Positions 29,557 through 39,658 of a DNA stretch of 64,000 bases are shown in pieces. The first letter of the stretch is position 1. The number at the start of each line of letters is the position of its first letter. A model generated the notes under the pieces. That model saw only the letters and a list, made by a program, of their open reading frames with translations. It was not told where the DNA came from and ran no database searches. A program made the translations under genes and the position numbers. The DNA is from Nitrospinaceae bacterium UBA7883 (GTDB taxonomy: Bacteria > Nitrospinota_A > UBA7883), in NCBI GenBank assembly GCA_002500605.1, contig DLRR01000021.1:130418-194417 (forward strand), given 5' to 3'.

Positions 29557-29606
29557 GTTCATTTTAAATATGAATTATTTTGTTCATTTTAAATATGAAT
29601 TATTTT
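29557..29606. repeat. Perfect tandem duplication of the 25 bp unit GTTCATTTTAAATATGAATTATTTT. Each unit contains the inverted repeat TTCAT-N7-ATGAA. It sits about 80 bp upstream of the porin-like gene.
   Basis: 29557-29581 is identical to 29582-29606. A (GTATT)x3 microsatellite precedes it at 29521-29535. Confidence 0.9.
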
Positions 29607-29687
29607 CATCAGATAATTGGAGCGAACTTCAACGAAAAAAGGGATTTTCTCCTTTTTAAATTTTGAATCATGAGGAGGGTTTTAATC

Positions 29688-30692
29688 ATGAAACTACGAG
29701 TCTTATTTTTATTTACAATTTTACTTGCACTAGTATCGGTGCACAGTAAAACTACTAATATTGCCGAGGGTATTACTATTTCCGGCTTTGTGGACACTAG
29801 TTACTACAGCAATGCATTGGACGGGTCATCAACTTTTGGCCTTGATCAGGCTGAAGTTGATTTTGAAAAAACTGTTGAAGGGCTAGGCGGGCTTAGGTTG
29901 GACCTTCAGCATTTAAATAACACGGATACTGGTGATGAAGTAATGGAACAGGGTTACGTATGGTTAGATTTGACTGCTGGTACAAACCTCACTTTCGGCA
30001 AGTTTAATGCTCCAATAGGCTTTGAACTAGGCGACCCCAACGAAATGTACCAATTTTCCCACGCCATGGTATTTGATTACGGTCTACCAGGAAATCTTAC
30101 TGGTGCAATGGTTTCAGGTGGATCCGGCATAATCGATTTTGCTGTTTACGCTGTTAACGGCTGGGACCTTATTGCAGATGACAACAAAGAAAAGACTATT
30201 GGAGGTAGAATTGGCTTAACCCCAATGGAAGGTGTAAACCTAGGTGTGTCACACATATCTGGTAAAGAGGGTGCAGCATCGGACAATCTATCGGTTCTCG
30301 ATGTTGACTTAACAATTACTACGATTGAAAACCTTACAATCGGTGGCGAATTCAATTCTGGGACACATGCAAAAGCTTCAGTTGTAACAGCTGGGGCAGA
30401 CGCAACTTGGGCCGGATGGTTGGTCATGGCCAATTACGCTTTCACTGACAAGGTGGCTCTTACATTGCGCTATGATGAGTTTGATGACAAAGACGGTGCA
30501 CGTCTCGGATCCGGTATTACGGAAAAACGAAATGCAGTTACTATTAGCCCGAGCTACGCAATAGGCGATGGTTTTGGGGTGTTAGCTGAGTATAGGTTGA
30601 CTAAATCGAATCAGAAGGTTTTCGCTGATGCAGATGGAAACTTACAAGATAGCATTTCAGAAATGGCTGTTGAGTTTACTTACTCTTTTTAA
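29688..30692 (+). CDS. Putative outer-membrane beta-barrel porin
   Basis: ATG 29688 with a GGAGGG RBS. Signal peptide MKLRVLFLFTILLALVSVHS. The sequence has alternating amphipathic beta-strand character and ends EFTYSF, a C-terminal aromatic OMP signature. Confidence 0.6.
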   Translation: MKLRVLFLFTILLALVSVHSKTTNIAEGITISGFVDTSYYSNALDGSSTFGLDQAEVDFEKTVEGLGGLRLDLQHLNNTDTGDEVMEQGYVWLDLTAGTNLTFGKFNAPIGFELGDPNEMYQFSHAMVFDYGLPGNLTGAMVSGGSGIIDFAVYAVNGWDLIADDNKEKTIGGRIGLTPMEGVNLGVSHISGKEGAASDNLSVLDVDLTITTIENLTIGGEFNSGTHAKASVVTAGADATWAGWLVMANYAFTDKVALTLRYDEFDDKDGARLGSGITEKRNAVTISPSYAIGDGFGVLAEYRLTKSNQKVFADADGNLQDSISEMAVEFTYSF

Positions 30693-30807
30693 TTGGTTGA
30701 GAATGGTAAATGAAGTCTTAAAGAAAGTTGAGGCAACAACAAGGCCTTTTAAAGTAGAGAATGTGAAAGGTGCTTTTAACCAACAGCTACGGTAACCAAA
30801 AAAATCG

Positions 30808-30834
30808 CTGGCAGGAAAATATTTGTCCTGCCAG
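30808..30834 (+). terminator. GC-rich hairpin (CTGGCAGG - 11 nt loop - CCTGCCAG) about 115 bp after the porin stop; a possible terminator or RNA structure without a clear U-tract
   Basis: Perfect 8 bp inverted repeat seen directly. Confidence 0.3.
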
Positions 30835-30990
30835 TAGAAGGGACTATACGTATTTGAACTGGCAAATGTGGTGTTTAACATTATAACTAAATGAATAACA
30901 ACAAAGGAGTTTCCCTTGTTATTATGGTGGTTTCCTTTAGCTTTAATTGAACCATTTCAAGGTTAACAAGAGTTGCAGATGGACGATAAT

Positions 30991-31013
30991 CTGCACCAGC
31001 AAACATGGTGCAG
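30991..31013. promoter_or_regulatory. Perfect 8 bp inverted repeat CTGCACCA-N7-TGGTGCAG about 350 bp upstream of glnA; resembles NtrC-type TGCACC/GGTGCA half-sites with a longer spacer
   Basis: Seen directly. Half-sites are identical to the enterobacterial NtrC consensus, with a spacer of 7 rather than 3. Confidence 0.45.
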
Positions 31014-31362
31014 ACATTATTGGCTTTTCAGGTGATAAATTATGGTATTCTCTGTCATCCTTTACGATGTAGTTTAGATTTGCAATCCTAATCGGTGTGA
31101 TTGTAGCGGATCTCGGTAATGGGATATGGGGACTATTTGCCATTGGGTGTTTTAAAGACTGAACAGGCTTTATGAGTGGTGGTGGATTTGTACTGTTCTT
31201 GGCACTTAATTCAGCGTTGGTTTGTCAAGAATATCTGTAGCCATTTCACCATTTTAAAGGGTAGTTTATTTCATATGAAACTGGTGACAACAACGATCAT
31301 AATCATTAAGTTTAATGATTTGATGTCACCTCATCTAACGTCATAGTTTGGAGGAAAGATTG

Positions 31363-32775
31363 ATGACGCCAAAAGAGGTTATTAAATTAGCAGAAAAAAA
31401 CAATGCTGTTATGTTCGATGTTAAGTTTCTTGATTTGCCAGGCATATGGCAGCACTGTTCATTTCCAGTGTCAGAGTTGTCAGAGGATATATTTCAGGAT
31501 GGCTTGGGGTTTGACGGTTCATCCATTAGAGGTTGGAAAGCAATCAACAATTCTGACATGTTGATCATCCCTGACCCTACCACAGCAATAATGGATCCAT
31601 TCACAAAATATCCTACTCTTTCGCTAGTGGCAAACATAGCAGACCCTATAACAATGGAAAAATACAGCCGTGACCCGCGAAACGTAGCTATGAAAGCGGA
31701 AGCATACCTCAAATCAACTGGTATAGCTGACACTTGCTATTTCGGTCCTGAGGCAGAGTTTTTTGTATTTGATGATATTCGTTACCAAAGTGATGAATCT
31801 GGTGCGTTTTACCAAGTAGATTCTGTGGAAGCGCAGTGGAACACAGGTCGAGAAGAAGACCCCAACTTAGGTTATAAACCAAGATACAAGGAAGGTTACT
31901 TCCCTGTTCCACCAACAGATACTTTAATGGATATACGCTCTGAGATGGCCATGGTTATGCAAGAAAGCGGTATCGACGTTGAAGCACACCACCATGAGGT
32001 TGCCACCGCTGGTCAAGGTGAGATCGATATGCGATTCTCCCCACTGCTCAAAATGGCTGACAACCTGATGCTGTTCAAGTACATCATCAGAAATGTTGCA
32101 AAAAAACACAATAAAACTGCCACCTTTATGCCGAAGCCAGTGTGGAATGATAATGGCTCTGGTATGCATGTCCACCAGTCATTGTGGAAAGCTGGCAAAC
32201 CCTTGTTTGCAGGCGATAAATATGGTGGACTCTCTGAGATGGGACTGCACTACATTGGCGGGATACTTAAACATGCCAGAGCACTCGCGGCTCTAGTAGC
32301 CCCAACTACGAATTCATACAAGCGCCTTGTTCCTGGTTTTGAGGCCCCTGTTAATTTGGCTTACTCCTCAAGGAATAGATCGGCCGCAATTCGTATCCCG
32401 ATGTATTCTACAAGTCCAAAAGCCAAGCGCATCGAGCTTCGTTTCCCAGATCCATCCTGCAACCCATACCTGGCCTTTGCTGCCATGATGATGGCTGGCC
32501 TGGATGGGGTGCAAAACAAAATTGACCCTGGGCAACCTCTCGACAAGGATATCTACGGACTCACACCAGAAGAGTTATCTGAGATTCCGGCTCTACCGGG
32601 AAGTCTTGATGAATCGCTTGATGCTTTGGAAGCTGATCAGGATTTCTTACTTAAAGGTGATGTCTTTACACAAGATGTAATAGATGTTTGGCTCAGTTAC
32701 AAAAGGGAAAACGAAGTTGCTGAACTTCGGCTAAGACCACATCCATATGAATTTACGATGTATTACGATATCTGA
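31363..32775 (+). CDS. glnA: Glutamine synthetase type I
   Basis: ATG 31363 with RBS GGAGGAAAG. The N-terminus is [17 protein letters not shown] motifs include [18 protein letters not shown], and [16 protein letters not shown] near the adenylylation Tyr region. Confidence 0.92.
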   Translation: MTPKEVIKLAEKNNAVMFDVKFLDLPGIWQHCSFPVSELSEDIFQDGLGFDGSSIRGWKAINNSDMLIIPDPTTAIMDPFTKYPTLSLVANIADPITMEKYSRDPRNVAMKAEAYLKSTGIADTCYFGPEAEFFVFDDIRYQSDESGAFYQVDSVEAQWNTGREEDPNLGYKPRYKEGYFPVPPTDTLMDIRSEMAMVMQESGIDVEAHHHEVATAGQGEIDMRFSPLLKMADNLMLFKYIIRNVAKKHNKTATFMPKPVWNDNGSGMHVHQSLWKAGKPLFAGDKYGGLSEMGLHYIGGILKHARALAALVAPTTNSYKRLVPGFEAPVNLAYSSRNRSAAIRIPMYSTSPKAKRIELRFPDPSCNPYLAFAAMMMAGLDGVQNKIDPGQPLDKDIYGLTPEELSEIPALPGSLDESLDALEADQDFLLKGDVFTQDVIDVWLSYKRENEVAELRLRPHPYEFTMYYDI

Positions 32776-33090
32776 TTTTATTTTCGACCCGCTGGTTGGG
32801 AAGTCTACCAGCGGGTCGCTTTTAATCTGCTTTCCTGCCAAAAACTTCCCTATGCCAAAATAATTTGATATCAAGCTTTGATTGAAACGGCTGCATATGT
32901 ACGGCCTACAAAAAAATAACCAAATATTGCGCTTTACAGAAAAAATTTTCTTGACAGCTAAAAATGATTCTTGGAGTATTGACGCTCTCATCGGTATTAT
33001 TTAATGGTTTGTAAAGATACCTGCGTAACACCTTGGGTTGTAGGAGCTGCTTACTGCAAGCAAAAAACCAGAAATTAGAAAGGAAACAAA

Positions 33091-33489
33091 GTGAAAAAAT
33101 ATGTTTGGGAAATCGTTGCACTGGGTATTGTTGTAATAGTCGCCGTCTCCGGATCAACGGTTGCTGCTAGTGACGTTAATAATGGTAAACGCCTTTGGAA
33201 GAAAGCCAAATGCAATACCTGCCATTACTATAACAAAAAAAAGAAAAAGGTCGGTCCCACCGTTATGGGTGTAACAAAAAAACGAAGTGAAGCCTGGCTA
33301 GTTAAATGGCTAAAAGATCCCCAAGGAACATGGGAAGAGAATGATGCCGAAACGCAGGAAATGAGAAAGTGGAAAAAAAGAGCCATAAAAGCAAAAAGAA
33401 CGAAAATGAAAATCAAAAAGCTTTCTGATGAACAGGTAGCAGACCTAGTTGCCTTTCTCAAGGCTAATGACAAGGAATATACTCCTTAA
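33091..33489 (+). CDS. Small mono-heme c-type cytochrome, very basic (Lys-rich), with a signal peptide
   Basis: Single CXXCH (KCNTCHYY). Signal peptide MKKYVWEIVALGIVVIVAVSGSTVAAS. Lysine runs KKKKKV and KWKKRAIKAKRTKMKIKK. Confidence 0.6.
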   Translation: MKKYVWEIVALGIVVIVAVSGSTVAASDVNNGKRLWKKAKCNTCHYYNKKKKKVGPTVMGVTKKRSEAWLVKWLKDPQGTWEENDAETQEMRKWKKRAIKAKRTKMKIKKLSDEQVADLVAFLKANDKEYTP

Positions 33490-33504
33490 AATCAACTAAA
33501 CATT

Positions 33505-33556
33505 CCTTATTACTTAAACTGGCGTGGGTCCCGCGTTAGTTTAAGCAATAATAAGG
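33505..33556. terminator. Bidirectional terminator-like imperfect palindrome between convergent genes
   Basis: CCTTATTACTTAAAC ... GTTTAAGCAATAATAAGG inverted repeat flanking a GC-rich core. It lies between the stop at 33489 (plus) and the stop at 33621 (minus). Confidence 0.3.
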
Positions 33557-33620
33557 GTGTTAATCTGTTAGACCTGCAATTTTTCACTGGTTCTAGTTTT
33601 AGTGCCAACACATTTCGACA

Positions 33621-34550
33621 TCAGCGATCGTATACAATTGCATCATAGCTTTTTAAGTCTAGCCCGAGCTCTGCTCGAAGAGTATTTAATATCAATTTGT
33701 TAATATTCATGAGCAACATATTAGATTCTGCTGGCTTTAGATAAAGTCGTACTGACGCTTCGTCCACCACCTCCTCATACGAGTTTATAAAACTAACTAC
33801 AGTATTAACCTCTCCGGGGACCCAAATGAACTCTTGCTCAATTGCATCAACAATTTCCCGTACAACAAAATCATTTATGAAGTCTGACTCAATTTTTGCT
33901 AGAAAATCGCTTTCTAAGGAGAAGTTGCTAAACTCGCTATCATATTTTTCTACCAAAGCTTGGGCTGCATGTTCAAGACGCTCTATAGCAATATTCATCC
34001 TCTCCTCCCTCTCAGCTGAGATCATAGGCACACGAAACTTTCCTTTTTGCGTAGGACCTAAAGTTGCAGGTTCAATAAAGTTTATAAGGTCACCAATCTG
34101 CTTTTCAGAACTCTCTCCGTACTCAGATGGATCGAAAGGGGTAAAAGTGTCTGTAAGCGTTCCAATTGTTATATCAGCTGTAACGATGTTTACATCCAGA
34201 TTTTCATCAGGCGGAACCTCAAACTCTCCGTTTACATACATTACAGGGCCAAACTCATCAAACTCTATGGCAACCACCTTTACTTCAAATATGCCACTAT
34301 CTTCTGCTTGAAGTCGGGCGGAGTTGGCCAATTTGTCTACAGTCGAGACCTTGGCCATCGGTCCTGCTAATCTTTCATCTCGCTCTTTAGCAACAAGCAC
34401 AGGTGTATAGAATTTCCATCTCGGTTTCTCATCTTTCTGTGAATTTTGTGCCCGTCTATCCTCAGTTAAGTCATCGGTTTGCATCCGCGATGCGATAGCA
34501 AGAATCAAGGCAAACCCAACTGCCATCCATGCCCAGCTATCAACACCCAT
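33621..34550 (-). CDS. Hypothetical acidic protein with an N-terminal membrane anchor; function unknown
   Basis: 309 aa. The N-terminal TM is MGVDSWAWMAVGFALILAIAS and the rest is highly acidic. No family recognised. It lies co-directionally downstream of the cbpA-like gene. Confidence 0.4.
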   Translation of the reverse strand: MGVDSWAWMAVGFALILAIASRMQTDDLTEDRRAQNSQKDEKPRWKFYTPVLVAKERDERLAGPMAKVSTVDKLANSARLQAEDSGIFEVKVVAIEFDEFGPVMYVNGEFEVPPDENLDVNIVTADITIGTLTDTFTPFDPSEYGESSEKQIGDLINFIEPATLGPTQKGKFRVPMISAEREERMNIAIERLEHAAQALVEKYDSEFSNFSLESDFLAKIESDFINDFVVREIVDAIEQEFIWVPGEVNTVVSFINSYEEVVDEASVRLYLKPAESNMLLMNINKLILNTLRAELGLDLKSYDAIVYDR

Positions 34551-34736
34551 ATGCCCTATTCTCCTTACATTTAACCTTACATGACTATAGAAATAGTTTT
34601 TATGTTCAGTTTATTCTTGCACCTAATCAGGCAAGTTATTTGGTTCTTCTTTTATTTTATACGGTTTTAGCTTGCAAGCGCCTCAAAAGATTAAAGACTG
34701 CTTTCCCCAAAATTGATTAGCAGGCATAAGCCATGG

Positions 34737-35690
34737 CTAAAGGTTTATTTTAGCAAGCTTCTTAGCTAGTTCTTTGTGCTCTTTGGATATTTTATCCGGA
34801 ACTTCCACGTTTAGGGTAACATATAGATCTCCTGATTTACTCTTGCCCAGTATTGGTGCTCCAGCCCCTTTGATACGTATTTTTTTTGACGGTTCATACC
34901 CAGCTTTAACCTTTAACTCCCTTGAGCCACCAAGCGTTGGAACCTCAATGGAACCTCCAATTATTAGCGCTGAGTATTTAATAGGACTTTCAACGTAAAG
35001 GTCAGACCCTATCCTTTTAAAACGAGAATCTTCCTTAACCGTTATTTCTATATAAAGATCGCCATTAGGGCCACCCATTCCAGGACCTCCAGAACCTTTC
35101 ATACGAAGTTTCTTCCCAGTCTCGATCCCTGGAGGAATTTTTACAGTCAAGGTCTTTATGCCTTGGTGTGTATTAATGGAAATTGTTTTTTCAACTCCTT
35201 CCATTGCCTCGTTAAATTCTATTGTCATTTCAGTAGTCAAATCATGGCCTCTTGCTCTACTGTTCCCCATTCTTGGACCACCTCCGTACGTCTGGTCAAA
35301 ACTAAAGCCACCACCCGGAGAGGCATCAAACCGAAATCCCCTAGCACCGCCTCGACCAGTCTGCTGTCCAGTAAAGAATTGTCCAAACGATTCTTCACCA
35401 ATGCCAAATTCACGCAAAATATCTCCCAAGTTTGAATTGCCAAAAATATCTTCCTGGGAAAAACGTTGCCGGAAGCTATCGTGGCCAAATCTATCGTATT
35501 GGGCCCGTTTATCGCTATCAGATAGGACAGCGTATGCCTCACTTATTGATTTGAATTTGATTTCGGCAGTTTTGTCTTCTGGGTTTTTATCAGGGTGGTA
35601 TTTTTTTGCTAAACGACGGTATGCTTTTTTAATCTCAGTCTCAGACGCCGATCTGCCAACACCAAGAATTTCATAATAATCTTTACTCAT
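34737..35690 (-). CDS. cbpA: DnaJ-family co-chaperone lacking the Zn-finger (CbpA-like curved-DNA-binding protein)
   Basis: J-domain [34 protein letters not shown], a G/F-rich region, and C-terminal CTD I/II. No CxxCxGxG repeats. Confidence 0.8.
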   Translation of the reverse strand: MSKDYYEILGVGRSASETEIKKAYRRLAKKYHPDKNPEDKTAEIKFKSISEAYAVLSDSDKRAQYDRFGHDSFRQRFSQEDIFGNSNLGDILREFGIGEESFGQFFTGQQTGRGGARGFRFDASPGGGFSFDQTYGGGPRMGNSRARGHDLTTEMTIEFNEAMEGVEKTISINTHQGIKTLTVKIPPGIETGKKLRMKGSGGPGMGGPNGDLYIEITVKEDSRFKRIGSDLYVESPIKYSALIIGGSIEVPTLGGSRELKVKAGYEPSKKIRIKGAGAPILGKSKSGDLYVTLNVEVPDKISKEHKELAKKLAKINL

Positions 35691-35822
35691 AAGACCATAT
35701 CTAAATTTTTCAAAGCCATTATCATGGTAAGCCGTTATATTTGTATTATTACGGTGTTTCTTTCTTCCCTATAGTTTATTGGTTCTGGTCATGCAAAAGT
35801 CAAGATAATTGATTTAATTTTT

Positions 35823-36485
35823 TTACCTTGATTTTCTTACACCAACTTTTGGGCACATTCCAGCTAGCTTGCATTTGGAACACATTGGTGAAACTGGTTT
35901 GCAAAGGTTTTGACCAAACGTGACCAACAAATCATTAAATTCTATCCAGTATTTCTCAGGTAACTTGTTGCGTAATGCCATCTCCGTTTTATCTGGATTC
36001 TTCGTATCCACATATCCCCATATATTGCAAATACGGTGTACATGGGTATCTACACATATTCCGAGCTTGCTGTAACCAAGTGTCACCACTAGATTAGCAG
36101 TTTTACGACCTACACCCTTTAATGATACAAGCTGTTCAATAGTATCTGGTGTTTTGCTGTCATATTTATCTATTAGTGTTTGAGATACCTCCCTAACAGT
36201 GTTCGCCTTATTTCTATAAAAGCCAACCGGGTAGATTAGTTTTTCTATTTCCTCAGCTGGCAGGTTGGCAATTTCTTTTGGTGTTTCGGCAACCGCGAAC
36301 AGTCTTTTGGATGCTGCTGCTGTTTGCTTGTCCCTAGTTCGTAGTGATAAAATACAACTAATCAATACAAGAAAAGCACTTCTTTTATTTCCTCTGCTGT
36401 AGATAGTCACTATCGGGACTTCCCACTTTTTAACTTCCCTACGCAATATTCTAATCACTTTAGTAATGTCAAATTTAATCTTCAC
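35823..36485 (-). CDS. nth: Endonuclease III (HhH-GPD DNA glycosylase with a 4Fe-4S cluster)
   Basis: HhH-GPD LVSLKGVGRKTANLV...VDTHVHRI, and the C-terminal CX6CX2CX5C (CKPVSPMCSKCKLAGMC). Confidence 0.88.
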   Translation of the reverse strand: MKIKFDITKVIRILRREVKKWEVPIVTIYSRGNKRSAFLVLISCILSLRTRDKQTAAASKRLFAVAETPKEIANLPAEEIEKLIYPVGFYRNKANTVREVSQTLIDKYDSKTPDTIEQLVSLKGVGRKTANLVVTLGYSKLGICVDTHVHRICNIWGYVDTKNPDKTEMALRNKLPEKYWIEFNDLLVTFGQNLCKPVSPMCSKCKLAGMCPKVGVRKSR

Positions 36486-36742
36486 CTAAAGCCCCCAAGA
36501 GTGTCTTATTGCTCATAGAACAGAAAAACTCAATTTACTGCCTTCTTGCTAAAGCTATGTATGATATTAGCACTCAAAGGCAGTTGGCTCGGGTTAGAAT
36601 ATCATCATTAAAGTTTAAGTATTGATAAGAGTAATCAAAAGATACTTCAGCCGGATATGAGCAGTGAAGCTATCGTAGGTTTAACTGATAAAAGAGGAAT
36701 ACAAATAATACAAGGAACTTCATGCAGTTTAAATTATAAATT

Positions 36743-37684
36743 ATGTTTCCTAATCCGCGAATTGCAGCTAGTGCCTGTCTGATGGGAAAACCCACCCGTT
36801 ATGATGGTGGAAATAAAAAGTCCCACATTCTTGCCTGCCAAGTTTCTAAGGTTTTTGAGTTAATATCCGTGTGTCCTGAAGTTGATATTGGATTACCTAC
36901 TCCTAGAAATCCTGTCGCGCTTGTGCAAAATTTCGATGTTCAGCTTATCGGCACAATTGATAATGACAAGGATATCACTAATGAAATAGTTGACTACTCC
37001 CGAAGGTTTGCTAGGCAGAACGCAATTATATGCGGTTTAATAGTAAAGGCCTCTTCGCCTAGCTGCGGTTATAAAAGTGCAACAGTTTACAGGAAGAGCG
37101 GGAAAAGCCGATATGGTGTAAATGGTTTATTTACATCAGCTTTTTTGGCTGCAAAACCATGGGTACCGATCATCGACGAAAACGATTTACAAAACTTAGA
37201 TATGAGAATTTTTTTTATAGAAGCTGCACTGGCCTTGCACGATTTTCTGTCATTAGCTGAATCTCATATAAATAGTGAAACTTTGCGACAATTCCATGAT
37301 CGGCAAAGGTTGTTTGTAGCTTCTCGAAGCCAAAGGGCTCAGTCTGCCTTAGACAAAGCTCTGTTAAACAATGGAACGGTACAAGATAAGTTTAAAGCTA
37401 CAAAAATGCTATTCTTAAAGACAGTCAAAAGACGACCGACCAAAAAAAAACAAGCCAAGGCAATGCTAGGGAGTCTCAAAACAATAAAAGGTAAACTCGC
37501 ACCTGCGGCCTACAATAAAGTGTCGGCGATGATTGCAAGGTATGGTAGAGGCAAAACCTTTAACTATCCCGACGTACTGGAAAGTCTTAAGCTAGTCACT
37601 TTAGAGTCGGGTGATGCTCTATTAAAATCACAGTCGTGCTTGAATTACTCTAAGCCAGTATTGAATCTATTAAAATTAATCTGA
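36743..37684 (+). CDS. DUF523 (TudS-like) + DUF1722 fusion protein
   Basis: The N-terminal IAASACLMGKPTRYDGGNKK matches the DUF523 Cys pattern. A C-terminal ~120 aa helical DUF1722-like region follows. Confidence 0.6.
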   Translation: MFPNPRIAASACLMGKPTRYDGGNKKSHILACQVSKVFELISVCPEVDIGLPTPRNPVALVQNFDVQLIGTIDNDKDITNEIVDYSRRFARQNAIICGLIVKASSPSCGYKSATVYRKSGKSRYGVNGLFTSAFLAAKPWVPIIDENDLQNLDMRIFFIEAALALHDFLSLAESHINSETLRQFHDRQRLFVASRSQRAQSALDKALLNNGTVQDKFKATKMLFLKTVKRRPTKKKQAKAMLGSLKTIKGKLAPAAYNKVSAMIARYGRGKTFNYPDVLESLKLVTLESGDALLKSQSCLNYSKPVLNLLKLI

Positions 37685-37801
37685 ATGGCGAGGCCTAGTA
37701 AGCACTCAAAGTGTAAAAGGCATTGCTGTAGACTAAAAACTCTGGAGTAGCTTAGAGATTATAATGTTAACATTGACGCTAAAGTTTAATTAGGACAATA
37801 G

Positions 37802-38491
37802 ATGCAAGAAATAATTTGGCAAGTTGCGATTATGGCTATACCGATAGTGCTGGCAGTAGTTTTACACGAAGTGGCACATGGGTATGTTGCGTGGCTCAGA
37901 GGTGATGACACTGCACTGCAAATGGGAAGATTAACCCTAAACCCAATAGCTCATGTTGATTGGTTTGGAACCGTTGCCTTACCAATTATTTTCTACAACC
38001 TAACAGGGTTTCTGTTTGCGTACGCAAAACCAGTTCCAGTAAACTTTTCTAATTTACAAAACCCTAAACACGATATGGTTTTTGTAGCGGCAGCCGGTCC
38101 TCTTACCAACATACTTCTAGCCATGATTTCTGCTGCTTTACTTAAAACTATGGTCTGGCAATATCCCGATGTGGCTATAGAAGTAAGCGGCATACTAGGT
38201 AACCAAAACTCTGAATCTGACTTCTCGATATTAGCTAGAGTTATTATGTTACTTCACTTCTCCGTTTTAATTAATGTTATCTTGGCATTGATAAACCTAA
38301 TTCCTGTGCCTCCAGCTGATGGCGGTCGAATCGTTACAGGGATGCTACCTGACAGCATGGCTCGTTCCTACGCAAAAATGGAGCCCATTGGAATGTTTAT
38401 TCTAATATTCATCCTATTTGCGAACCCGGGTAATATTTTGAACTGGACAATTTACCCGCTCATCAGCATCATTTTAGATCTATTGCGGTAA
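37802..38491 (+). CDS. Site-2 protease family (M50) membrane metalloprotease
   Basis: HEVAHGYVA HExxH in TM1, multi-TM, and a C-terminal PPADGGRI (LDG-like) motif. Confidence 0.75.
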   Translation: MQEIIWQVAIMAIPIVLAVVLHEVAHGYVAWLRGDDTALQMGRLTLNPIAHVDWFGTVALPIIFYNLTGFLFAYAKPVPVNFSNLQNPKHDMVFVAAAGPLTNILLAMISAALLKTMVWQYPDVAIEVSGILGNQNSESDFSILARVIMLLHFSVLINVILALINLIPVPPADGGRIVTGMLPDSMARSYAKMEPIGMFILIFILFANPGNILNWTIYPLISIILDLLR

Positions 38492-38524
38492 ATCAAAAGA
38501 ACATTGTGCAGCAAAAACTATATT

Positions 38525-39535
38525 ATGACTAAAAAGCGTGTCTTGTCTGGAATGCAGACAACAGGAAAACTTCACTTGGGAAATCTTCTGGGTGCCCTTA
38601 CAAACTGGGTGTCAATGCAAGATCATTTGGATTGTTATTATTTTGCCGCTGATTGGCATGCCCTGTCTAGCAACTATGAAGATACGGAACAGCTACAAGA
38701 AAACATGCTTGACCTTGGTATTAATTGGTTGTCTGCTGGACTTGACCCTGAAAAAAGCACCCTATTTGTGCAATCGTACATCCCTGAGCACGCAATGATG
38801 CATTTACTTTTTTCAATGATAACTCCCATACCATGGCTAGAACGTGTGCCAAGCTACAAAGAAAAGATGGCGCAGGTGGAAAAAGATTTGAGATCGTATG
38901 GATTTCTAGGTTATCCGGTTTTACAAGCGGCTGACATTGTGCTCTATCAAGCCAATTTCGTTCCAGTTGGTATTGACCAACTTCCTCATCTAGAACTTAC
39001 GCGTGAAATCGTTCGTCGTTTTCACGACATTTACAAAACCAAAGTTTTCGTGGAACCAGAGGGCAAAATAAGCGAAGTTCCTAAACTGCCTGGCATAGAT
39101 GGAAGAAAAATGAGTAAATCCTACAATAACGCCATCTACTTATCAGACACAAAGGAAAATATAATTAATAAAATTAAAAATGTGGTTACCGACCCTGCAC
39201 GTGTGAAAAAAACTGACCCCGGCGACCCCAATAAATGTGTTGCTTTTAACTTTCATAAAGTTTTTAGCTCAGCAGAGGAAAATGAAATTACTGCTGTCGA
39301 GTGTAAAAAAGCAGCCCGTGGTTGTGTTGCATGCAAAGAACAATTGGCTTCGAATTTGCTCAACTATCTCGAGCCACTGCTTGAAAAAAGACATTTTTGG
39401 ATGGGCCGGCCAAGCAACGTATTTGATATTCTCAAGGAGGGAACCCGAAAAGCTAGATTAGTGGCCAAAGACACCCTTGAAAGGGCTGAAACTTCAATGA
39501 ATATAAACTTTCGAAAAGTTCTTGGAGACCGATAA
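38525..39535 (+). CDS. trpS: Tryptophan--tRNA ligase
   Basis: ATG 38525. SGMQTTGKLHLGNLLGA (HIGH-type) and KMSKS are present. Confidence 0.92.
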   Translation: MTKKRVLSGMQTTGKLHLGNLLGALTNWVSMQDHLDCYYFAADWHALSSNYEDTEQLQENMLDLGINWLSAGLDPEKSTLFVQSYIPEHAMMHLLFSMITPIPWLERVPSYKEKMAQVEKDLRSYGFLGYPVLQAADIVLYQANFVPVGIDQLPHLELTREIVRRFHDIYKTKVFVEPEGKISEVPKLPGIDGRKMSKSYNNAIYLSDTKENIINKIKNVVTDPARVKKTDPGDPNKCVAFNFHKVFSSAEENEITAVECKKAARGCVACKEQLASNLLNYLEPLLEKRHFWMGRPSNVFDILKEGTRKARLVAKDTLERAETSMNINFRKVLGDR

Positions 39536-39658
39536 TAGCTCTATAAAAAGCAAGCTTATATCACCTGACCCTTACTTCCTGTCATTTACTTTTATTGCCA
39601 ATTTAAATCTTAGTTGTCTTGTCCGTTCCAATACCACATTAACTAGGTGCGTGTTTAA

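Noticed and set aside
29557-29606. Considered a CRISPR array for the 25 bp tandem repeat
   Set aside because: There are only two copies, directly abutting with no spacers, and no cas genes nearby. It is a simple tandem duplication.
31195-31212. Possible sigma54 promoter TGGCAC-TTAAT-TCAGC upstream of glnA
   Set aside because: The GG to GC spacing is 11 nt rather than the strict 10, and the -12 element does not match TTGCW.
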